Source: Gemmatimonadales bacterium (GTDB lineage Bacteria; Gemmatimonadota; Gemmatimonadetes; Gemmatimonadales; GWC2-71-9). From it: DNA of 64,000 nucleotides. Below, one piece after another: positions 10,449-21,096 of the stretch (the stretch's first letter is position 1; every line of letters starts with the position of its first letter). The position numbers were made by a program, and so were the translations under genes. Location of the stretch: positions 23,153 through 87,152 of the forward strand of contig JBFGJG010000012.1 in NCBI GenBank assembly GCA_041577295.1, read 5' to 3'. The notes below the pieces were generated by a model. The model saw nothing but the letters and a program-made list of their open reading frames with translations. It was not told the origin of the DNA and did not search any database.

Positions 10449-11816
10449 GTGCCAACAGCCCGTCCGAACATCTTGATCGCCGATGACCAGAACGACGTTC
10501 TGGAAGCGCTTCGCATGTTGTTGAAAGGGGAGGGGTATGCGACGGAGTCCGCGACGTCGCCGGGCGCGGTCGTGGCCGCACTGCGTGAGCAAGAGTTCGA
10601 TGCACTCCTGATGGATCTCAACTACACCAGAGACACGACCTCCGGACGCGAAGGACTCGACCTGTTGCCACGCATTCAAGCCTTGGACGACGCACTTCCC
10701 GTCATCGTGATGACCGCGTGGGGAAGTATCGAGAGTGCGGTGGAGGCAATACAGCGGGGCGCGCGGGACTACATCGAGAAGCCGTGGGATAATGCGCGTC
10801 TGCTGGCGACGCTCCGCACGCAGGTGGAGCTGGGGCAGGCGATCCGTAAGAGCCGAAGGCTCGAAGACGAGAACCGTATGCTCCGGCGAGAAGGTTCGCC
10901 CACGTTCATCGCCCAGGCACCCGCGATGGATCCCGTGCTGAAGTTGATGGCACGGGTGGCGCCTTCCGACGCGAACATCCTGATCACGGGCGAGCACGGA
11001 ACGGGCAAGGAGGTGGTGGCCCGATGGATCCACGCTTCCTCGGAACGTCGCGGAAAGCCGTTTGTGACGGTCAACATCGGCGGGCTCTCTGAGAACGTCT
11101 TCGAGAGCGAGCTGTTTGGTCACGTCAAAGGGGCGTTCACCGACGCCAAGGCGGACCGGGTGGGCCGGTTCGAGATGGCGCACGAGGGGACGCTTTTCCT
11201 CGACGAGATCGCGAACCTCCCAGCGACTCTCCAACCGAAGCTCTTGCGCGTCCTGCAAACCGGTGAGTTCGAGCGCGTGGGTTCGTCGCGGAGCCAGCAC
11301 GTTTCGGTCCGAGTGCTGTCGGCGACCAACGCCGACCTGCGCACTGAGGTCGAGTCCGGCCGGTTCCGTGAGGACCTTTTGTTCCGGCTCAACACTGTGG
11401 AGATTCGTCTGCCGCCGCTGCGCGAGCGACGTGAGGATATCCCGGTGTTCGCGGCCCACTTCCTCCAACAGTATGCGCAGCGGTACCGCAAGCGTCAGCT
11501 GGCTGGTTTTGCTTCGGACGCGATGCAAGCGATGCTCCATCATCACTGGCCCGGGAACGTTCGAGAGCTCGACCATGCTATCGAGCGAGCCGTGCTCCTG
11601 GCAGAGGCCGATCAGATCCGCAGCGTCGATCTGGCGCTTGGCTCCTCCGGGTCGGATGGCAGCCCCGGTCTCGAGGAAATGACCTTGGACGAGGTCGAGG
11701 GTTACCTCATTAAACGCGCGCTACAACGGTTCGATGGCAACGTGACCGACGCCGCGAAGGCTTTGGGTCTGAGCCGAAGCGCGCTGTACCGGCGGCTGCA
11801 ACGATTCGGATTGTGA
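10449..11816 (+). CDS. Sigma-54-dependent response regulator (REC-AAA+-Fis HTH, NtrC family)
   Basis: REC (ILIADD, DLN, KP), Walker A GEHGTGKE, ESELFGHVKGAFTDA, LFLDEI, WPGNVREL and C-terminal HTH AAKALGLSRSALYRRL. Confidence 0.95.
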   Translation: MPTARPNILIADDQNDVLEALRMLLKGEGYATESATSPGAVVAALREQEFDALLMDLNYTRDTTSGREGLDLLPRIQALDDALPVIVMTAWGSIESAVEAIQRGARDYIEKPWDNARLLATLRTQVELGQAIRKSRRLEDENRMLRREGSPTFIAQAPAMDPVLKLMARVAPSDANILITGEHGTGKEVVARWIHASSERRGKPFVTVNIGGLSENVFESELFGHVKGAFTDAKADRVGRFEMAHEGTLFLDEIANLPATLQPKLLRVLQTGEFERVGSSRSQHVSVRVLSATNADLRTEVESGRFREDLLFRLNTVEIRLPPLRERREDIPVFAAHFLQQYAQRYRKRQLAGFASDAMQAMLHHHWPGNVRELDHAIERAVLLAEADQIRSVDLALGSSGSDGSPGLEEMTLDEVEGYLIKRALQRFDGNVTDAAKALGLSRSALYRRLQRFGL

Positions 11817-11823
11817 GTGTGGC

Positions 11824-13143
11824 ATGAAGCGCCGCGAGTTGAGCCACGACCGCCGCGTGCTCCTCATGACACTGGCGGCAGGGCTCCCAGGTATCGTCGT
11901 TTCGCTCCTGCTGCTCTGGCTGGGTGATTTCACACCAAAAGTTCAATGGACGCTCGCGATCTTCATTGTGTTCGCATGGTTAGGGTTCGCGTTTGCCGTG
12001 CGAGAGCGTGTCATGCGCCCGCTGCAAACGCTCGCGAACCTGCTCGCCGCGCTCTCGGAAGGCGACTTCTCAGTGCGCGGTCGTGCACCAAAAGGTGACG
12101 AGGCGCTCGGCCTCGCCATGCACGAAGTGAACACGCTCAGTGCGACTCTGCGAGAGCAACGCCTGGGAGCGGTCGAGGCGACGCAGCTGCTGCGTCAAAT
12201 CATGGTTGAGATCGACGTCGCCGTGTTTGCGTTCGACGACAACCGGCGGTTACGCCTTGTCAATCACGCGGGTGAGAGGCTCCTGGCAGGGTCGGCTCGC
12301 GAGCTGTTGGGGCGTGATGCCGATGTGCTCGGCTTGGGTGAGACCCTCGATGGGCCTGCGCCCCGCGTGATCGACGTCGCTTTCCCCGGCGGTGCCGGCC
12401 GCTGGGACATTCGCCGAGGCGCCTTTCGCCAGGGTGGCCGTCCGCACCAGCTGCTGGTCCTCTCCGATTTGAGCCAGACGCTACGAGAAGAAGAGCTGCA
12501 GGCCTGGAAACGGCTGGTGCGTGTGTTGAGCCACGAGATCAACAATTCGCTCGCGCCCATCAAGTCCATGGCAGGAAGCCTGAAGGACATGCTTGGCCGA
12601 GAGTCCCATCCGGCCGACCTCCTTCCCGATCTCACACGGGGGCTCGAGGTGATCGCCGGACGCTCGGAGGCGCTGATCCGCTTCATGCAGTCCTACGCCA
12701 GGCTCGCAAGGCTCCCGCCCCCGATGCGTGAAACGCTGAACGTCGGATTGTGGGTCCGGCGCGTCGCCGGCTTGGAAACGCGTCTGCCTGTCGAGGTCCT
12801 CGCCGGCCCAGCGATATCGATCGCCGCCGACGGGGACCAGCTCGACCAGCTCCTGATCAACCTGGTGAACAACGCCGTGGACGCCGCCCTCGAGACCGGT
12901 GGTGGGGTCCGTGTCGGATGGGGGCGACGCAATGGAGCACTCGAGGTGTGGGTGGAGGACGACGGCCCCGGCTTGGCCGACACCGCCAACCTCTTTGTCC
13001 CCTTTTTCACAACGAAACGGAGTGGCTCCGGAATCGGACTCGTCCTGTGCCGCCAGATCGCCGAGGCGCACGGCGGAACCCTCACCCTCCGCAACCGCCA
13101 CGACACCCCGGGCTGCACCGCAAAGCTCCGCATACCGCTCTAG
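11824..13143 (+). CDS. Membrane sensor histidine kinase (2 TM, HAMP, PAS-like, HisKA, HATPase)
   Basis: H-box LSHEINNSL, N-box INLVNNAVDA, DDGPG, FFTTK, GSGIGL. Confidence 0.93.
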   Translation: MKRRELSHDRRVLLMTLAAGLPGIVVSLLLLWLGDFTPKVQWTLAIFIVFAWLGFAFAVRERVMRPLQTLANLLAALSEGDFSVRGRAPKGDEALGLAMHEVNTLSATLREQRLGAVEATQLLRQIMVEIDVAVFAFDDNRRLRLVNHAGERLLAGSARELLGRDADVLGLGETLDGPAPRVIDVAFPGGAGRWDIRRGAFRQGGRPHQLLVLSDLSQTLREEELQAWKRLVRVLSHEINNSLAPIKSMAGSLKDMLGRESHPADLLPDLTRGLEVIAGRSEALIRFMQSYARLARLPPPMRETLNVGLWVRRVAGLETRLPVEVLAGPAISIAADGDQLDQLLINLVNNAVDAALETGGGVRVGWGRRNGALEVWVEDDGPGLADTANLFVPFFTTKRSGSGIGLVLCRQIAEAHGGTLTLRNRHDTPGCTAKLRIPL

Positions 13144-13236
13144 CCGCTCCGGCCCATTCCGCTCATCCCGCCCTCTTCTGTGAAACCCACCAGGTAGACC
13201 ATCCGTAGAGCCAGCAACCCTTCAACCGGGAACTCC

Positions 13237-15654
13237 ATGCCCTCCTTTGTTCAAGACCTCCGGGTTGGCGCAAGGCTCATGCTCAAGAATCCGGGCGTCA
13301 CCATTCTCGCCGTGTTCGCGCTGAGCCTCGGAATTGGCCTGACCACCACGACCTTCAGCATCGTCTACGGCGCCTTGCTCCGGGGCCTTCCGTTTGAGGA
13401 GTCACACCGGCTCATGCACCTCGAGCGGAACAACTTGGCCGAGGACATCCAGAGCATGGAGGTCACGCTCCACGACTTCCTGGACTGGCAAGAGCAACAA
13501 ACGAGCTTCGAGGGCCTTGCCGGCTTCTACCAGGGGACCGTGAACGTGAGCGGCACGGAGCGGCCGGAGCGATATGACGGCGCCTTCATCTCGGCAAACG
13601 CGTTCGACATGCTGCGTGCGCGGGCAATGCTCGGACGTGCGTTTCAGGCTGGTGAAGATGACCCTGCCGCAGCGCCGGTGATTCTCTTGGGGCACCGGGT
13701 GTGGCAAGACCGGTTCGACGGGGACCTGGACGTCGTTGGCAAGACCGTGCGCGCCAACGGCGAGGAGATGACGATCATCGGCGTCATGCCACAAGGCTTC
13801 GCGTTTCCTCTTGCCGAGGACGTGTGGCTGCCGCTTCGGATGGACCCTTTGCGGATCGAGCGTGGGCAGGGCATTACCCTCGAGGTCTTTGGACGGTTAC
13901 GGGACGGGGTCACCATCGATCAGGCGACAGCTGAGTTTGCCTCGATTGCCAAACGGCTGGAACTGGAGTATCCCGAGACGAATGAGGGCGTCGGTGCGGT
14001 GATCAAGCCGTACACCGAGGAGTACATGGGTGACGAGCCCAAGACACTGCTGACGACGATGTTCGCCGCGGTTTTTCTCGTGCTCCTGATTGCATGCGCG
14101 AACGTCGCAAACCTATTGCTGGCGCGCGCCGCGGCGCGCACCAAAGAAGTCGCCATCCGTTCAGCGCTCGGTGCAAATCGCCTGCAGGTTGTGCTCCAGA
14201 TGCTTGCCGAGGCGTTCGTGCTATCCAGCGTCGGGGCGGTTATTGGGCTGGGTCTCGGCTGGCTTGGCGTGCGCCTGTTCAACGCAGCCATTGCGAACAC
14301 GGATCCACCCTTCTGGATCGACATCAAGATCGATGCAGTGGCGATTCTCTTTGTCGTTGGGCTTGCCGTACTCTCAGCAGTGATCGCGGGGATCATCCCC
14401 GCTCTTCAGGCCACAGGGACCAAGGTCCACGAAGTGCTCAAGGACGAATCCCGGGGCAGCTCGAGCATGCGGCTCGGGAAGCTGACACGGGGCCTCGTGG
14501 TGGCTGAAATCGCGCTATCGGTTGGTCTCCTCGTGTCCGCTGGCCTCATGATCAAGAGCGTCACGAATCTGCGCACGATCGACTTTGGATTTGCTAGTGC
14601 CAATGTGTTTACAGCTCGCGTGGGCTTGTTTGAGACCGACTATCCCGACGAGTCAAGCCGCGTGCGATTTGCGCAAGAACTGCAGCAGCGTCTCCGCGCC
14701 TTACCGGGTGCGCAAGCTGCGAGCCTCACCTCCGGTCTGCCAGCGTTAGGCTCGGGCCGGAGTCGCATGGCCGTCGAAGGCGAGGCCTACGCGACCGAGC
14801 GCGACTATCCACTCACCCGTCTCAATACAGTTTCTCCGGATTTCTTCGCAACGTTCGATGTGAGCCTACTCGAAGGGCGTGACTTCCGGTGGTCGGACAA
14901 CGAAGAGTCGCTTCCCGTGGCGATCGTCAATCAGCCGTTTGCGCAGCGGCACTTTCCCGACGCCAGTCCGATCGGTCGACGTGTCCGGCTCGGAACGGCG
15001 GATACCGAGGAGCCCTGGCTGACCATCGTGGGCGTCGTGCCCGACCTCTACATGGGTGGTGTCGACAACGAAGACCCCGAAGGACTCTACCTTCCGCTGG
15101 GACAGAGTTCACTGCGCTTCATGAGCATGGCGGTCCGCATGGCCGGGAACCCCATGGCCGTGGCACCGCTGGTGCGAGAAGAGGTCACCAAGATCGATAC
15201 AGACCTTCCGATCTATTGGGTCTGGACGATGGCAGACGCTATCGCGCGTGACACGTGGTTTTACCGCGTGTTCGGCGTGATCTTCATGGTGTTTGGCGGT
15301 GTTGCGCTGTTTCTGGCGTCGGTAGGGCTCTACGGCGTAACAGCCTTCTCGGTGAGCCGGCGCACCCAGGAGGTGGGCGTACGCATGGCACTGGGCGCGA
15401 AAACGAGTGACGTGCTCAAGCTCATCTTCCGGCAGGGCGCTGCCCAGCTCGCCGTCGGCTTGGTGATAGGGGTCGCGTTGGCCGCGGGGCTTTCGCGCGG
15501 GCTCGAGGTGGTGCTCTTCCAAGTCGAACCATGGGATCCAGTTATCTTCGTCACAATCGTACTCGTCCTCGTGGCGACGAGCATCGCTGCCTCGCTGGTC
15601 CCCGCGAGACGCGCCACCCGGGTCGACCCAGTCATAGCACTCCGCTATGAGTGA
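13237..15654 (+). CDS. ADOP/MacB-type duplicated ABC permease
   Basis: 805 aa. Contains LSLGIGLTTTTFS, IACANVANLLL and PARRATRVDPVIALRYE. Confidence 0.95.
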   Translation: MPSFVQDLRVGARLMLKNPGVTILAVFALSLGIGLTTTTFSIVYGALLRGLPFEESHRLMHLERNNLAEDIQSMEVTLHDFLDWQEQQTSFEGLAGFYQGTVNVSGTERPERYDGAFISANAFDMLRARAMLGRAFQAGEDDPAAAPVILLGHRVWQDRFDGDLDVVGKTVRANGEEMTIIGVMPQGFAFPLAEDVWLPLRMDPLRIERGQGITLEVFGRLRDGVTIDQATAEFASIAKRLELEYPETNEGVGAVIKPYTEEYMGDEPKTLLTTMFAAVFLVLLIACANVANLLLARAAARTKEVAIRSALGANRLQVVLQMLAEAFVLSSVGAVIGLGLGWLGVRLFNAAIANTDPPFWIDIKIDAVAILFVVGLAVLSAVIAGIIPALQATGTKVHEVLKDESRGSSSMRLGKLTRGLVVAEIALSVGLLVSAGLMIKSVTNLRTIDFGFASANVFTARVGLFETDYPDESSRVRFAQELQQRLRALPGAQAASLTSGLPALGSGRSRMAVEGEAYATERDYPLTRLNTVSPDFFATFDVSLLEGRDFRWSDNEESLPVAIVNQPFAQRHFPDASPIGRRVRLGTADTEEPWLTIVGVVPDLYMGGVDNEDPEGLYLPLGQSSLRFMSMAVRMAGNPMAVAPLVREEVTKIDTDLPIYWVWTMADAIARDTWFYRVFGVIFMVFGGVALFLASVGLYGVTAFSVSRRTQEVGVRMALGAKTSDVLKLIFRQGAAQLAVGLVIGVALAAGLSRGLEVVLFQVEPWDPVIFVTIVLVLVATSIAASLVPARRATRVDPVIALRYE

Positions 15655-16517
15655 CGGGCGGATCCCGATTTCTGCGCCACGAACCGCACAACCGGTCTGG
15701 CACCCAGGTCGTCCGTCGTGGTATCCCGACCCGCCACACAGAGTCGATCGTAGCCGGCGCTATTGAGCAGCTGAAGGACCTCCTGCGGGTCGTCACCACG
15801 CTGTCTCAAGATTGCGTTGTGAAGCTCGATGAAGAGAATCGGCGCAGGACGGGCGGCCAGGACGCGCTGACCCCCGCGTAACACGGCGGCCTCGGCCCCT
15901 TCCACGTCGATCTTGATGTGGGTTGGGATCACTCCGAGATCCTCGGCCAAATAGTCGATCGTGACAACGCGAACGTCCACGTAGTCACTCTCCGACTCCC
16001 GACCGTCCGCGGGCACAAGGTACCCGTCCGCGATCACTCCTACCGGAAGCATTTTCTTCCAGCCGCGAGTGGCCCCCACTGCCGCATGGACGACGCGCAG
16101 TCGATCGGCCATGCCGTTGAGCTTGGCTTGCACCGTGAGCAAGCGGCCAGCCATCCGTGAGGGCTCGACCGCGACCGCGCGAGCCCGTGGTCCACCAAAA
16201 TGCGTCGCGGCGAGGCTGAAGAGGCCAAAGTGGGCGCCGAGATCGAACAAGTAGAGATCTTGCGAGCAGTGGGCGATGAACTCGGCGAGCTCCTCTCGCT
16301 GAGCGGGATCCAGGAGCTGGGTGCTGGAGAGTGAGCGACGGACGGCTGGATGACAGCGAACGTGCCACCCCGGGTGCATTTCCAATACGCCATCGGCACC
16401 CGCGAAATGGCGCGCTTCGTCCCACAGCCAGCGAGCCGACACGCCCGGTGCGCGCAGCCAGTTCCTAAGGGATCGCGGTACCAGGGATCGAATCCACTGT
16501 CGGGTTAGACCACTCAC
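15645..16517 (-). CDS. FkbM-family SAM-dependent methyltransferase
   Basis: FDLGAHFGLFS, AVEPS, IKIDVEGAE and ILFIELH motifs. Confidence 0.88.
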   Translation of the reverse strand: MSGLTRQWIRSLVPRSLRNWLRAPGVSARWLWDEARHFAGADGVLEMHPGWHVRCHPAVRRSLSSTQLLDPAQREELAEFIAHCSQDLYLFDLGAHFGLFSLAATHFGGPRARAVAVEPSRMAGRLLTVQAKLNGMADRLRVVHAAVGATRGWKKMLPVGVIADGYLVPADGRESESDYVDVRVVTIDYLAEDLGVIPTHIKIDVEGAEAAVLRGGQRVLAARPAPILFIELHNAILRQRGDDPQEVLQLLNSAGYDRLCVAGRDTTTDDLGARPVVRFVAQKSGSARHS

Positions 16518-16642
16518 GGTTCGAATGTACGATGGATCGGCCGAGGTCGCAGCGTGAGCAACGGGTTGGTATCTTTGGCGCGAGATTGCTCTTTACCGCG
16601 AGCTCAGGCCCACCGCTGTCCTTGCAACGCAGGCTAAGACAC

Positions 16643-17638
16643 GTGACGGAACTAGTCGTCGAAAACCTCCGCGGTGGTGTACTGGAATCGTGCCATCGAG
16701 TGTCGGCAGCGGTAGTCGATGCCGATGGACGCCTCGTCGCCCGAGCCGGTGACCCCGAGCTCGCGACGTTCATGCGGTCTGCCGCCAAGCCCTTTCAGGC
16801 GCTTCCTCTGCTCGTCGATGGCGCGGCAGACCACTTCGAGGTGACGCCGCAGGAGCTAGCGCTCGCGTGCGCATCGCACAACTCGGAGCGCTATCAGGTT
16901 GCGCTGGTGCGCGCCTGGCTCGAGCGAATCCGGTGTGTCGAGGGCGATCTCGCCTGCGGTGCACACGCCCCGCTCTCGGTGGACTATGCGATCATGGATG
17001 GCAAGGAGAAGATCGAGACGGATCCGCCCTCGCGCCTGGCCAGCAACTGCTCCGGCAAGCACACGGGAATGCTCACGCTCGCCAGACACCACGACTGGCC
17101 CATCGCCGGGTACCACCGGTCCGACCACCCGGTGCAGCACCGGGTGAAACGGGAGCTGGCCCGTTGGTGCCGCGTGAGCCCAACCTCGCTTCCCGAGGGT
17201 ACGGATGGTTGTGGAGTAGTCACGTTCGCCCTTCCCCTTTCCGCCATGGCCGCCGCTCTTGCGCGGCTCGTGACGTCGAGCGACGCGGGGCCGAAGGCCG
17301 TCGTATCCGCTATGTCCACGCACCCGGACCTCGTGGCCGGCCACGGACGCCTTTGCACCGCGTTGATGGAGGCATACCCTCACAAACTGATTGCCAAGGT
17401 CGGCGCAGAAGGGGTTTACGTCGCGGGCCTCATTGATCGGGGCTGGGGACTTGCGCTCAAGGTCGAGGACGGGCACGGCAAGGCAGCGATGGTGGCCGTG
17501 GTTCGCATGCTCGACCGACTCGATCTGGAACCCAGTCCCACAGTGCGCCTACCCAGCGCCGCCGCTATTCCTATTCGGAATACGCGCGATGAAGGTGTGG
17601 GCGAAATCCGAGCACGTGGTGATCTCACGTTCGTTTGA
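16643..17638 (+). CDS. L-asparaginase II (Rhizobium-type, class 3)
   Basis: RGGVLESCH, RSAAKPFQA, CASH, NCSGKH, DGCG, KVGAEGV and KVEDG. Start placed at GTG 16643; the ORF is open from 16532. Confidence 0.85.
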   Translation: MTELVVENLRGGVLESCHRVSAAVVDADGRLVARAGDPELATFMRSAAKPFQALPLLVDGAADHFEVTPQELALACASHNSERYQVALVRAWLERIRCVEGDLACGAHAPLSVDYAIMDGKEKIETDPPSRLASNCSGKHTGMLTLARHHDWPIAGYHRSDHPVQHRVKRELARWCRVSPTSLPEGTDGCGVVTFALPLSAMAAALARLVTSSDAGPKAVVSAMSTHPDLVAGHGRLCTALMEAYPHKLIAKVGAEGVYVAGLIDRGWGLALKVEDGHGKAAMVAVVRMLDRLDLEPSPTVRLPSAAAIPIRNTRDEGVGEIRARGDLTFV

Positions 17639-17698
17639 CCACGAGTGCAACGGTTTGGTTGGACCGGCAAACCCTCGACACAGCATGCTCGGGGGTAA

Positions 17699-19824
<2,126 letters not shown>

Positions 19825-19873
19825 CGCGAGGGCGACCTTTCGGACTCTCTCCAGACCTCACATATTCGGACGC

Positions 19874-20923
19874 ATGCAGCTTCACACGCTCATCTTCTTC
19901 GTGACAAGCCGGTGCAATGCGAAGTGCGCGACCTGCTTCTATTGGAAGGAGCTCAATCAGCGCGGCGATCTCTCGTTCGACGAGATAGACACGTTGAGCG
20001 CAACGATGCCGCGCTTTCGGGAGCTTTGGCTTTCGGGCGGCGAGCCCATGATGCGTCCCCGACTCGGTGAGATCGTGCGCATGTTTTACGAGCGCAATGG
20101 CATTCGAACGCTGAACTTGCCAACCAACGGACTATTTCAGGATCGGCTCGTGGACTTGATGGAGTACGCCAGCGTCCAGATGCCCAAGATGGAGGTCAAC
20201 GTCAACGTCGCCCTCGACGGCTTCGCAGCGACACATGACCGCATTCGAGGTGTGCCGGAAAATTTTGCCAAGGCCATCGACGCGCTGCGGGCCCTCTATC
20301 CGGTGCGGGCACACAATCGGAACATTCGGCTCCACGTCAACTCAGTGATCACCGCCGACAATATCGACGAATTGGAAGCGCTGGGAAGGTGGTTGATTGA
20401 GCACACGGACCTGGACGGTCAGTATTTCCAGATCATCCGCGGCGATGCGAAGGACCCCGATCTCAAGGTAATCGACCCCGATCGGCTCTCCCTGTTCTAC
20501 GAGGCCGTCAAACCGATTCACGCTCACTACGCGCGCAAACTTGGCACGCGACACGGGGGCCGCGTCAAGGGGCGGTTCAAGGAGTTCTACTACAACCAGA
20601 CGTTGTATTTCTATTACTCGATCCAGCAGAAGAACTATGAACACTCCACGCGCTGGCCGATGCCGTGCCGCGCGGGGCAAACCATTCTGGTCATAGACTA
20701 CAATGGAGACGTCCGGGCGTGTGAGTTACGTGGTACCGTGTCCAATCTCCGGCAGGTCGGGTGCGACTTCGGAAAGCTGTTCCCTTCGGCAGAGATGACC
20801 CGGGAAACGGAGCAGATCGTCCGTGATCAGTGTTGGTGTACACACATCTGCTTTATCCACGACAGCGTGAAATCGAGTCGCAAGGTCAAGACGTACGACA
20901 TTCCGCTCGGCGTCGGGCGGTGA
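19874..20923 (+). CDS. Radical SAM protein with C-terminal SPASM/twitch-like Cys domain
   Basis: CNAKCATC, SGGEP, PTNG, then C-terminal CRAG..GDVRAC..CWCTHIC. Confidence 0.9.
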   Translation: MQLHTLIFFVTSRCNAKCATCFYWKELNQRGDLSFDEIDTLSATMPRFRELWLSGGEPMMRPRLGEIVRMFYERNGIRTLNLPTNGLFQDRLVDLMEYASVQMPKMEVNVNVALDGFAATHDRIRGVPENFAKAIDALRALYPVRAHNRNIRLHVNSVITADNIDELEALGRWLIEHTDLDGQYFQIIRGDAKDPDLKVIDPDRLSLFYEAVKPIHAHYARKLGTRHGGRVKGRFKEFYYNQTLYFYYSIQQKNYEHSTRWPMPCRAGQTILVIDYNGDVRACELRGTVSNLRQVGCDFGKLFPSAEMTRETEQIVRDQCWCTHICFIHDSVKSSRKVKTYDIPLGVGR

Positions 20924-21096
20924 GCTGGTGCGCAGAATGGCAAGGAGGCGGACACGAGGGCAGCCCTTCCGGGAGCTGAAGTTCGCGCGCGGCGTTTAAA
21001 CGCCCCAAGCCGGCCACCGCTCACTAACGCTCGCTCCGAGGCTGTCCGCGTCTCCATCCGGCTGTCCGGTTCCTGCCAGTCCCGCCGTCCTCGCCC

